Notes under the pieces: generated by a model
The model's input: only the letters and a program-made list of their open reading frames with translations
Told to the model about the DNA's origin: nothing
Databases searched by the model: none
NCBI GenBank assembly: GCA_012797845.1
Contig: JAAZOH010000040.1
Span: 57,072 to 121,071, forward strand
Direction: 5' to 3'
DNA length: 64,000 bases
DNA from: Candidatus Beckwithbacteria bacterium
GTDB taxonomy: Bacteria > Patescibacteriota > Microgenomatia > UBA1400 > UBA1449
Shown: piece by piece, positions 28,958 through 37,732 of the stretch
Layout: each line of letters begins with the position of its first letter
How positions within the stretch are numbered: position 1 is the first letter of the stretch
Program-made: the position numbers and the translations under genes

Positions 28958-31123
28958 TTATTTTTCCTGCCAAGGAAATGTAATAGTACTTGTCCCAATT
29001 GATGTATCACCATCTTTATATAGTAAATCAATGCTTACAGTTCCGATACCCGTGTGGGCTACACAAGTCAAAAGCTCATCAGAACACGTTCCTAAAAAGA
29101 TCGGATCCAAAATGAGTTGGTTTTGATTGAGTGGCTTATAGGCTTTTCCTTTAATTGTTTCTTCTACTGGTTCATTGCTATACAGATGGTGATAGGAAAT
29201 TGCATAGTCAAGTTCATCAAATCCCCAAGCATTACTAAAGCCAATTAGTAAATAGCTATCCTCTTGGTCTACGGAAACTGAGATATGGCTATGAGGGTTG
29301 GTCCCGGGATTAGGTGTTGCTAATTCTATCCAATCTGAAGGACTATCGGTATCAAAACCTAATGGACTTCTAGCTATTGAATGGCCTTCGGCCACTGCTA
29401 AAGTCCAATCAGGATACAAATGCGGAAAATTATTTGAACATGTTCCGCCATCACAAGAACCTTGTTCCCAGGCTACAAAATCAACAATTTGATCATCACT
29501 GTTTCTAAGTGTTAGCTGGTCACCGTCATTATTAAGCCAAGCTGCAGCACCAGCAAGTTGCACTATCACTGCCCCATTATCGCTAAAGCAATGAATCCAG
29601 GTCCCATTATCATGAGATAAAAGTGCAAAACCATAGGCTGGTATCTCAGGATTACCAGTGATTGTGACCGAACCGGCGTTATCGCTTAAGCTCCAATTTT
29701 TAATATTGACTGCAAAATTATTGGGATTATATAGCTCAATCCACTCACTACTGGCTTCATCGCAGTGAGTAGTATTGGCTACATCATAGTACACCTCATT
29801 GATTACGATTTTAGTAAACTCAGGTCCTGCTGGTATTTTGTGATTACCAAAATCAATATCTTCATAAAGATCTGGACCTGGGAATACGTAGTATTTACTA
29901 CTTGGCATAGTTTGCTGCCAACCGGTTTGGTTTTCTTCAGCCACTACGATTTCGCCATCAACATTGCTCAAGTCTAGTTCATACAGACCATCGGTATCAG
30001 TAATATCAGAACTTACTACTTTAAAGATAGTGACATTTAAATTACCTGTGTTGTTTGTATACAGAATGTCATATATTTTGAAGTTGACCGAAGCCCCAGT
30101 TCCAACCAAACTAGTCCAGTATTCGTGATCACTAGCATAAGGCCCCCAATCAGGAGATGCGCCATCAATTTGTAAATCAAGCAATTCGTATCCATAAGAT
30201 TCCAAACCATTAACTGTATCTGTCCAGTTGGTATCTGGGTTGCGGACTGAGTATTTGGCATCTGCCGTCAAATCGGTATCAGCTTGGTAAGTCCCGGTAA
30301 CCCTCACTAGATATGTAGCTCCATTTTCCAAAACTTCAGAATCTATGCCTGTATTATCATCGGCTGGAACACTAAGTTCCTCAACTTCCTGAGCCGCAAA
30401 AATGTTCCAACCTTCCAAACCTGGTTCAGCTTCATCTTTATCACCATTGCCATCCAAATCATTAAATTTCATGCCAGTTACTTTAGCCCATGACCCGGTT
30501 GAAACACTATTTGCTAAGATTTCTTCATCCCAAAAAGCCTGCCCATAGCTATGCTGCTGCATCCAGGCTTTCGCAACGTATGAAAAATTACAGCTTAAAT
30601 TTCCTAGATTCGGATTCGGATCATCAGGTAAAGAGACCTGATATTCAAACCAATGTTGAGCTAAACCATAATCCGGATTTGGGTAGTAATCAGCAGTAGG
30701 AAAAGATAAATCACCATCTAAACCATTTGTATTAATACTAAAGTCAACCAAAGAACCAGAGTATTTGTTTGTAATTTGTAAAATCCCATGCAAATCATAG
30801 TATTTTAGAAGAACTTCCAAATGCAGGTTTTGGCAAAGCGTTTCGTCACCACTATCAAACTGGTATTTTTGACTGTAAATAAACGGTAAAGCTCCAATTT
30901 GATTAATTAAAGCGCTGCGGGAAGATTCCTTATCAGGCATAAGCAGAGCTGGTTCAAAACCAGTTTGGACTGAATTAAAACCTAAATCTAAATTAGTAGT
31001 TCTAAAAAAATTATCTGAAGATTTTTCTTGATCACTAAATAGCGCTCCAGAAACCGGTAGGAGATACAGATTCAACAAAATGCTTATCAAACACGCTCTA
31101 GTTAAGAAGCTCAAAAGTCTCAT
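28958..31123 (-). CDS. Large secreted protein containing a lamin-tail domain (LTD).
   Basis: Signal peptide present. IVINEVYYD...SSEWIELYNPNNFAVNIKNWSLSD is the LTD signature (INE...EWIEL.N....V.L.GW.L.D). Confidence 0.6.
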   Translation of the reverse strand: MRLLSFLTRACLISILLNLYLLPVSGALFSDQEKSSDNFFRTTNLDLGFNSVQTGFEPALLMPDKESSRSALINQIGALPFIYSQKYQFDSGDETLCQNLHLEVLLKYYDLHGILQITNKYSGSLVDFSINTNGLDGDLSFPTADYYPNPDYGLAQHWFEYQVSLPDDPNPNLGNLSCNFSYVAKAWMQQHSYGQAFWDEEILANSVSTGSWAKVTGMKFNDLDGNGDKDEAEPGLEGWNIFAAQEVEELSVPADDNTGIDSEVLENGATYLVRVTGTYQADTDLTADAKYSVRNPDTNWTDTVNGLESYGYELLDLQIDGASPDWGPYASDHEYWTSLVGTGASVNFKIYDILYTNNTGNLNVTIFKVVSSDITDTDGLYELDLSNVDGEIVVAEENQTGWQQTMPSSKYYVFPGPDLYEDIDFGNHKIPAGPEFTKIVINEVYYDVANTTHCDEASSEWIELYNPNNFAVNIKNWSLSDNAGSVTITGNPEIPAYGFALLSHDNGTWIHCFSDNGAVIVQLAGAAAWLNNDGDQLTLRNSDDQIVDFVAWEQGSCDGGTCSNNFPHLYPDWTLAVAEGHSIARSPLGFDTDSPSDWIELATPNPGTNPHSHISVSVDQEDSYLLIGFSNAWGFDELDYAISYHHLYSNEPVEETIKGKAYKPLNQNQLILDPIFLGTCSDELLTCVAHTGIGTVSIDLLYKDGDTSIGTSTITFPWQEK

Positions 31124-31159
31124 CTACGTCTTTAACCTAACTTTTTAATTATTACTAGA

Positions 31160-31621
31160 TTAATTTTCGTCAAAAACAACTAATTCAGCAGGAAACCCTA
31201 GGGTTGTCGAAATACCGCCTACTGCAATTCTAAATCTATTAACTAAATTACTATCTTCAAAAAAACCTAAATAACCTAAGGCTTCCATTGCTGCACTTAC
31301 TGCTGGTCTAAATTTCTTATCTAGGTTAGCTAGACCATCTAATCCTTCACTACAATTAAACTTATTTATTTGTCTCTTACTCGCTCTAGACTCATGAGCT
31401 AAATTACAGAGAATCCAGGCTGATAATAATTGACGTGCTTTTTGTCTTTGGATTTCTTCCATAGCTCCTACAGGGATTTCATCAAGCCCTGCAGCTGAAG
31501 CTGCTGATTCCTGTACATCAAACGACCTTGCCAAAGGTAATCCCACTGTCCCTTCTCTTCCACCTGCTTCCATAGCAGCTTCTTCAACATGCGATGGAAC
31601 TAACTCAGTTCTTTCTCTCAT
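31160..31621 (-). CDS. Hypothetical soluble protein.
   Basis: 153-aa ORF with no signal peptide. The N-terminus is Ala/Glu-rich. Confidence 0.25.
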   Translation of the reverse strand: MRERTELVPSHVEEAAMEAGGREGTVGLPLARSFDVQESAASAAGLDEIPVGAMEEIQRQKARQLLSAWILCNLAHESRASKRQINKFNCSEGLDGLANLDKKFRPAVSAAMEALGYLGFFEDSNLVNRFRIAVGGISTTLGFPAELVVFDEN

Positions 31622-31673
31622 ATAATTCCTTTCTTTATTTCTTTTTAACTTTAAATAATTTTCTTCACTATTT

Positions 31674-32237
31674 TCATTTTTTTTCTTCAGCTTTTTGCCT
31701 TTTCTTTTCTTTATGTTTTAAAGCCATCTGGCCAAGTTCGGTTTTAATATTGACCAACTCGGCGTAAACAATGATAGTTATTGGCACTACAATTAGAACA
31801 ATAAAACCCATTTGGGTTTGGGCAAAAGCAATCGGATAGCCAAGATAAGGAAGGTAGACAGTAGCTTTACCTACTACCCGATCAGATCTGACCAACTCTA
31901 AATCAGGTGTATTATTAGCATCCCCTTTGGTGCGGTAACTAGTTAACCCTAAATCTTTATCTTGACTGATATCTACAATCCGATGAGTCACTGTTTCTTT
32001 AGGATTGATTTCTCCCCGAAACGTAATTACGTCATTAACTTGGTAATTTTTTTGCGGTGCAACAATTACTAAACTTCCCATGGGAATAGCTGGCTCCATC
32101 GAACCTGATTGCACCATAAAAAGTTTATAGTCGATTGGAGTATTGAGCCGGGTCAGCATTAAACTTCCAGCTATAAGCACTATCAACAAAATCACCAAGG
32201 TATAAAAAATAGTTTGAATGATTTTAAAAATCTTCAT
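31674..32237 (-). CDS. sipW: Signal peptidase I of archaeal/eukaryotic type (SipW-like, S26B).
   Basis: N-terminal TM, then VQSGSMEPAIPMGSLVIV (catalytic Ser box), then ...VTHRIVDI (His box). The 187-aa size fits SipW. Confidence 0.7.
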   Translation of the reverse strand: MKIFKIIQTIFYTLVILLIVLIAGSLMLTRLNTPIDYKLFMVQSGSMEPAIPMGSLVIVAPQKNYQVNDVITFRGEINPKETVTHRIVDISQDKDLGLTSYRTKGDANNTPDLELVRSDRVVGKATVYLPYLGYPIAFAQTQMGFIVLIVVPITIIVYAELVNIKTELGQMALKHKEKKRQKAEEKK

Positions 32238-32312
32238 ATTTTCTTAGCTCGTTTTTAAAAGCAAAAATTGGCTTCTCAAAAACCAACTAAAATATTTCTC
32301 TAGCTAAGGAGA

Positions 32313-32330
32313 GAGGGGCAAATACCCCTC
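32313..32330 (-). terminator. GC-rich hairpin downstream of the 288-aa tasA-like gene. Possible terminator or attenuator.
   Basis: gagggg-caaata-cccctc perfect 6-bp GC stem. A T-rich stretch follows on the minus strand but is not immediately adjacent. Confidence 0.3.
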
Positions 32331-32359
32331 CCTCCCCGCTAACGAAAAAACAAATTAAT

Positions 32360-33226
32360 CTATTGCTCATGCTCTGGACATACATAGTCCATATTGTTCC
32401 GTGATTGAATGGCGGTAAACTTGAGATCGGCAGTCAAAGTATCTGTTTGAGCTGCGTTATTTACCTCTACTCCATTACAAGTAAACCCAGTTCCTCTGAC
32501 TAAAGGACCAGTTGTATCTTCAGGTAAAGGAGTCAGTGTCATTTCACCAAAGCACCAACCCTTACCAATATAATAGGTTTGCAAGCCTTTTAGAGGCAAT
32601 ACGGTGTCACCTTGATCCAATCTGGTTCTATCAAAAAAGTTAAGATACTTATCAGCTAAGGTTAATTGAATTGTATTATCAGTACCTAAAAGATTTGCAA
32701 TAGTTTCAGGCCCAAGATAGTACTTAGAGGCTTCTTCATTTTCTTCCAAAACATTGTCACCATCATCAGCCCACCAAACAAATTCAATACCTTGAGCTAG
32801 CTCACCATCCATAAGTTCAGCTGATTCTGTTGCGCAACTTGGATCATCATCTAATTCTGGTTCACTACAGCCATTATCAGCATTGCTGGTTAAAGTTAAT
32901 TCGGCACAAGCCCAAGCATCGTTATTATCAACAGTTAAATCAATGGTATCCTCACCAATATCGCCTGGCTTTATATCCGTAAAATCAAAAAACTTATTTA
33001 CTGTAGTTAAGTCAGCACTAATCCATGACGTATTTGGGCTTGCAACTAACGCACCAGTAATTTGATCTGAAACATAGCTATCATTACTTACTTTCAAATC
33101 AATTGATCCAGCAGTAAAAACATTATTAGTTGAGGTTTCGGTATCAGAAAAATATGCTTGAGTAGCATAGACGCCAATTGCCCCAACTGTAGCAATAGTT
33201 AAAACACTTAGTAAAATTTTATTCAT
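32360..33226 (-). CDS. TasA/CalY/camelysin family fibre protein with SipW-cognate signal peptide.
   Basis: The N-terminus ...VGAIGVYATQAYFSDTETSTNNVFTAGSIDLKV matches the SipW-cognate class signal (AxFSDxE.S.N.F.AGT.DL). A strong AAGGAGGTGA Shine-Dalgarno sequence lies 6 nt upstream. Confidence 0.65.
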   Translation of the reverse strand: MNKILLSVLTIATVGAIGVYATQAYFSDTETSTNNVFTAGSIDLKVSNDSYVSDQITGALVASPNTSWISADLTTVNKFFDFTDIKPGDIGEDTIDLTVDNNDAWACAELTLTSNADNGCSEPELDDDPSCATESAELMDGELAQGIEFVWWADDGDNVLEENEEASKYYLGPETIANLLGTDNTIQLTLADKYLNFFDRTRLDQGDTVLPLKGLQTYYIGKGWCFGEMTLTPLPEDTTGPLVRGTGFTCNGVEVNNAAQTDTLTADLKFTAIQSRNNMDYVCPEHEQ

Positions 33227-33232
33227 ATTTTT

Positions 33233-33242
33233 TCACCTCCTT
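33233..33242 (-). promoter_or_regulatory. Shine-Dalgarno sequence AAGGAGGTGA for the tasA-like gene.
   Basis: The reverse complement of tcacctcctt lies 6 nt upstream of the ATG at 33226. Confidence 0.5.
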
Positions 33243-33293
33243 AAAGTGAAATTTATTATTTTTCTAACAAAGCAAAAGTAATGCGTCAACCGC

Positions 33294-34607
33294 TTACCTA
33301 TCTGACTCTAAACAGGTATTAACTTGTACAGCATCTACTGCATCCAAATCATAGCCATCAGCATCACTTTGGCTAAAATCAGCCGGATTACTAGTATCAA
33401 CAATCCGGACAAATTTGACCCAATCAAAACCTGATCCAGAGATATCAACATAAGATACTCCAGAACTACTATCATGATTGCTAATCGTGCCAATATAGAC
33501 GAAACTATTCCCATCCTGACTTACAAAAATATCAGCTGTTTCATTGGGGTAACTAGATCGGCCATTGGTCACCTCATGGAAAGAAATGTCTCCGGCACTT
33601 ACATTCGCAGTATCGTCAACAATCGGATTAGCAAAAGACACAGTAATTTGGCCGCCAAAACCAAGGCTGACAAAATTGCCATCCAGTGCTCCCTCAACTG
33701 AAGCTGGATTGCTTCTATTAGCTAAAACCGGTGTTCCATTTTTACGTAAACCCTGCACTAGGGTAAAAGCCTGATCAGCATAAACCGAATCTTCAATACA
33801 AGTCGGACAAACAAAGCTGTCATTATGCCTGGCTTGGAAAATATTAAAAACCACGTCTGCCATAACTCTGTCTGTCTGAGCTAAATTAAGATCAGCTGTG
33901 CCATCACAAATCACCCCTGGGTTAACTGTGGGATCTTGGCCAACTGCTACTGGTGCTTTTGTTAGTGTCCCAAAGCACCAGGCTTTACCGATAAAATAAT
34001 CTTGATTACCAGCTTGCAATGGTCCGCTACCATCCCAAAGATTGTGACTTGCATCAGCTAAAGTCCATTTGCCATTGTTTATCAAAGTATAAGCCGATCC
34101 TTCAAACAATATTTTATCTAGTTCGTTATTTTCCAAAACATTGTCACCATCATCAGCCCAGAAAATCATATTGAGATTTTGAGCCAGTTCTCCATCCCAA
34201 AGATCCTCTGTATCCTCGCTGTCTCCAGCCGTCAGTTCTGGTTCATTTGCTGTGTTTTCATCATTTTGAGTTAGTGTGATATCCATACACGCCCAAGCTG
34301 GATTGTCTGCTACATGCAAGCTAATAGTATCCTCACCTAAATCCCCTGGTTTAAGATCATGAAAATCAAAAAAGAGTTGGTTGGTAAGATTAGTTAGTTC
34401 CCAAGTAGTGCTCTCCATAAGTTCTAATCCACCATCTACTGAAAAACCATTGTAGTAACTATGATTATCAACTTTTAAGTCAATTGTCCCAGCTGTCAGT
34501 GAGTTGCCAGTTGAAGTTTCAGTGTCTGAAAAATAAGCAGATGTAGCTACTACTCCAACGATTGCTACAAAACTTAGCGTTAACAGGCTTAAAAAAATTT
34601 TTTTCAT
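33294..34607 (-). CDS. TasA/CalY/camelysin family fibre protein (long paralog) with SipW-cognate signal peptide.
   Basis: N-terminus ...VGVVATSAYFSDTETSTGNSLTAGTIDLKV. The first ~150 aa are collinear with the upstream paralog, and a ~150-aa C-terminal extension is added. Confidence 0.65.
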   Translation of the reverse strand: MKKIFLSLLTLSFVAIVGVVATSAYFSDTETSTGNSLTAGTIDLKVDNHSYYNGFSVDGGLELMESTTWELTNLTNQLFFDFHDLKPGDLGEDTISLHVADNPAWACMDITLTQNDENTANEPELTAGDSEDTEDLWDGELAQNLNMIFWADDGDNVLENNELDKILFEGSAYTLINNGKWTLADASHNLWDGSGPLQAGNQDYFIGKAWCFGTLTKAPVAVGQDPTVNPGVICDGTADLNLAQTDRVMADVVFNIFQARHNDSFVCPTCIEDSVYADQAFTLVQGLRKNGTPVLANRSNPASVEGALDGNFVSLGFGGQITVSFANPIVDDTANVSAGDISFHEVTNGRSSYPNETADIFVSQDGNSFVYIGTISNHDSSSGVSYVDISGSGFDWVKFVRIVDTSNPADFSQSDADGYDLDAVDAVQVNTCLESDR

Positions 34608-34680
34608 GTTCTCTTCACCACCTTTCTTTTATCTTATAGTTTATTAAAACTATCCTTTAATATTTGAAATCTTAAGCAAC

Positions 34681-34702
34681 AAAAAACCAGCACGTGTGCT
34701 GG
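34681..34702 (-). terminator. Rho-independent terminator after the sortase gene.
   Basis: On the minus strand the sequence reads ccagcacacgtgctgg followed by TTTTTTG. That is a 7-bp stem, a 2-nt loop and a T-run. Confidence 0.45.
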
Positions 34703-34903
34703 CTTATGATGTAAGACCTTTGTGGCCAAGATTGTATCTGGTAGTGTAGCTATTTTGCATGCTTTAGCAGTATTTTTTTGTACTGCATAAAAAGATTTCC
34801 ACAGCTTTTAGCAATTTTAAAGTAACGATTTTCTATACACTTGTCAATATGCATTTTGAAAATTATAGCTAACTCAATTATAGTTATAGGTTGCGAATAA
34901 GAA

Positions 34904-35461
34904 TTATAGGGAAGATTGTGGTTTAGCTACCACCACTAAGCGCTTTTGGTCCCAGAAACCAGTACAGGTATATAACGTCAATCGTTGATCTTTACTTTGA
35001 TCCAGCACTTCAGCTTGATTAGAAGAAACTACTCTAATACTTTGAATAGTAAAATTTTGTACTGACTTATCGGAAAATTGGATAGTTATAGTCTGACCAA
35101 CTTTAGCTTTATTAAGATTGCCAAGCAGACTATTCCAGTTGTGACCATACAAAACACTATTACCCATTTGTCCAGGTAGTGGTGTATCCAAAAGGTAGAC
35201 AATTCCTTGGCTAGGCGCACTCCAATGGCTATCAGCAAAGCTCATTGCTTGTACAGCAACATCTATATCCAAAGCTGAGATTTGCAGTCTAACGGGAAGT
35301 TTGGAGGTATTTTGAGTAGTAGTTGTATTTTGAACTAGCTGAGTATTAGTAAAACTTAGTTTGGCCGGCACATACTTTTGCCACAGCAAATAGCCCGCTG
35401 TCATTAGAAAACAAAAGCCAATGATTAAAAAAACTTGAGAAGGTTTTACAAAACTGCTCAC
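34904..35461 (-). CDS. Sortase (transpeptidase).
   Basis: N-terminal TM anchor, His in LYGHNW, catalytic Cys in LTLYTCTG (TLxTC motif), and a downstream conserved Arg. Size 185 aa. Confidence 0.7.
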   Translation of the reverse strand: MSSFVKPSQVFLIIGFCFLMTAGYLLWQKYVPAKLSFTNTQLVQNTTTTQNTSKLPVRLQISALDIDVAVQAMSFADSHWSAPSQGIVYLLDTPLPGQMGNSVLYGHNWNSLLGNLNKAKVGQTITIQFSDKSVQNFTIQSIRVVSSNQAEVLDQSKDQRLTLYTCTGFWDQKRLVVVAKPQSSL

Positions 35462-35471
35462 AAGCTAAACC

Positions 35472-36368
35472 TTAACGGACTGATTTTTTATGCAAGACCC
35501 AGCTGCCAGCAAAACTTAATCCCGCTAAACCTAAGAGCATAGCAATTTCATCAGTTGTTCCAGTATCAGCTAAGCCTAAAATAGCTCCACCAATACCGGT
35601 TGAATTGTCGTACCAGGAGCTGCTGGTTCCTAAAATTGAACCGCCACCAATACCGCTATCGCAAATTAGCGTATCAATGTAAACAGCTTGATTAGGGAAA
35701 TTGTCTTCTGCTTCAGCTTCGATTGAGCCTTCACCACTATGGCTATAAGAAACACTGGCTCGACCGTCTTTATTGGTATGGGCAATTTGCCGCATACCAC
35801 GGTAAATAAAGGTAACCTTAACTCCTTCAACTTTATTGCCGTTTTCTCTGGCATCATAAGTCACTTCAATAGCACTATCTTCACAAGTCGGCCCGTTTTT
35901 ACCCATACTAGAGTGTTTACCACCATCTGGATTAGGCGTACTAGTTGGGGTTGGTTTGGGACCACTGCCACAATCATAGTACTGGTTTTGGGCCAGATAT
36001 GGAGCTTGGGATAATCCCCAAACTTCCCCATTGGGCACATAATACCAACCTTGTTTTCTAAAAGCGTTAATATCATCTTGAGAAAGATCACCAATTTGCC
36101 ACCAATTAGTTTGAGTGCCATTGCCACCTTCTGGACAAAAGCATTGAATCAGTAGATCCGAACTAACTTGATAGACCTGATCAGAACCATGGTTATCAGT
36201 AATAACTCCCACAATGCCGTGCAAACCATCACTATAATTTGCAATAATTTCTCCTCTAGGACTAGCACATGATGGAAAATCTGGAGCAGAAACTGCTAAG
36301 GCTTTTTGAGCAAAAAAGGTAAATAGAAGAATAAAAAAACTGCCCAAAGTAATAATTTTTTTCAACAT
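35472..36368 (-). CDS. Secreted sortase substrate with an LAxTG-type sorting signal (LADTG).
   Basis: Signal peptide present. The C-terminus is ...GLADTGTTDEIAMLLGLAGLSFAGSWVLHKKSVR. That is a motif, then a hydrophobic stretch, then a positively charged tail. It is immediately upstream of the sortase gene. Confidence 0.55.
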   Translation of the reverse strand: MLKKIITLGSFFILLFTFFAQKALAVSAPDFPSCASPRGEIIANYSDGLHGIVGVITDNHGSDQVYQVSSDLLIQCFCPEGGNGTQTNWWQIGDLSQDDINAFRKQGWYYVPNGEVWGLSQAPYLAQNQYYDCGSGPKPTPTSTPNPDGGKHSSMGKNGPTCEDSAIEVTYDARENGNKVEGVKVTFIYRGMRQIAHTNKDGRASVSYSHSGEGSIEAEAEDNFPNQAVYIDTLICDSGIGGGSILGTSSSWYDNSTGIGGAILGLADTGTTDEIAMLLGLAGLSFAGSWVLHKKSVR

Positions 36369-36474
36369 AGCTATCAGGGCAGCTATTTAAAAACTTATAA
36401 GATAAATAGGATTATATCACAATTACGAATAATTTCCGAAGTAAAAGTAAAAATAGATTTTAAGTAGAGTATTT

Positions 36475-37728
36475 TTAGAAGTTATACTCTTTTTTAAAAA
36501 GACTGCTAATAAATTCTGTAATGCTTTTTTTGAGACGAAACAACCAATCTTCGCGATGTTTTCGCAGGATTATGGTCATGGGCTGGCTGCGGTAAGCTAA
36601 ATTAACCGTTTGACTATCATAACCATCAGCAGAAATAGTCAGCGTAGGATTGCTCTCTAAAAACGGCAGGATAAATTGACCGTCACGACCAGTTACTATA
36701 TGAAAGTACGGGCTGGTCACAGCTACACTATCTAACTTATCACCTGTTATATCTTTAACTACACCACTGGCGACTTGCGGCTGAAAGTATTTTGTCAAAA
36801 CAGTAACTGCAGACCTAGGTCTACCATCTTCATACCAAAGTTGGGTTGAACTGCCAGTATTGGCCCAGTAATTTACACCAATAAGTTCTGGAGTTTCAGC
36901 TAAAGCTAACATGGCAGTATCCAGCCATTCCGCCTGTTCCTGCTCAGACATATCACCATGCAAATCAGGAATAGGAGCACCAAATTCTCCTAAAACGATT
37001 TTTCCACCCGTAGCTTGGGCATACCTGCGAATATCATCAGCTAAACGCTTCGGGCTTTCCACATAGTGGTCAATCACCACAACTCCATCTAAGGCTTTAG
37101 TAGTTTCAGGATCCATAATCAGCATGGCCACATCTCCATTCATGGAAAAGTAGTTGGTCTTAACATCTTTACCGATACTCTCAAAAGCTGTCTGGCTAAT
37201 CTTATATTCATTAATAAGAAAATTGCGGAAGCCTTCAACATCTCCGGTTTTTCTGGGATCACCCGGTCCACCATTCTCACATTCTGGACAAGAGCTAAAA
37301 ATATCACCATCTTTAAACAGCCCTGGGTTGTCTTCAATAAATTGCTTGGTTTTAGCTAAGTGTTCTTCCCGGCTAATGCTAGGGTATTCAAACCAGCCCT
37401 CCCAACCGGCCCAATTACCCCGAAACCAAACGTTCAATTGGTACTTTCGCGCAGCTGTCACCCAACGTTTTAAAATAGGTAAAAATTCCACATCATAGGG
37501 GGTAGCAATAGCTACATGAGTAGCTCCGGTTTTGGCAATATTGCTGATCTGGACATCAATAACCATATCAAAATCCCGATCACCTAATTTTTCCCGAGCT
37601 TTATCACGGGAGTATTTCATGGTATCAACCGACTGCACCTGCCACCAGGGAACTTCATTATCAGCGTAAACTGGTTGGGGAAACAGTAAAAATAGACAGA
37701 TGATTAAGCTAATTAGAATCTTTTTCAT
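36475..37728 (-). CDS. Secreted glycoside hydrolase, GH5-like TIM-barrel.
   Basis: Signal peptide. NVWFRGNW...LINEY (candidate acid/base NE) and KIVLGEFG (candidate nucleophile Glu in a GEFG context) resemble clan GH-A. Start trimmed to MKKILISL. Confidence 0.45.
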   Translation of the reverse strand: MKKILISLIICLFLLFPQPVYADNEVPWWQVQSVDTMKYSRDKAREKLGDRDFDMVIDVQISNIAKTGATHVAIATPYDVEFLPILKRWVTAARKYQLNVWFRGNWAGWEGWFEYPSISREEHLAKTKQFIEDNPGLFKDGDIFSSCPECENGGPGDPRKTGDVEGFRNFLINEYKISQTAFESIGKDVKTNYFSMNGDVAMLIMDPETTKALDGVVVIDHYVESPKRLADDIRRYAQATGGKIVLGEFGAPIPDLHGDMSEQEQAEWLDTAMLALAETPELIGVNYWANTGSSTQLWYEDGRPRSAVTVLTKYFQPQVASGVVKDITGDKLDSVAVTSPYFHIVTGRDGQFILPFLESNPTLTISADGYDSQTVNLAYRSQPMTIILRKHREDWLFRLKKSITEFISSLFKKEYNF

Positions 37729-37732
37729 AGCT

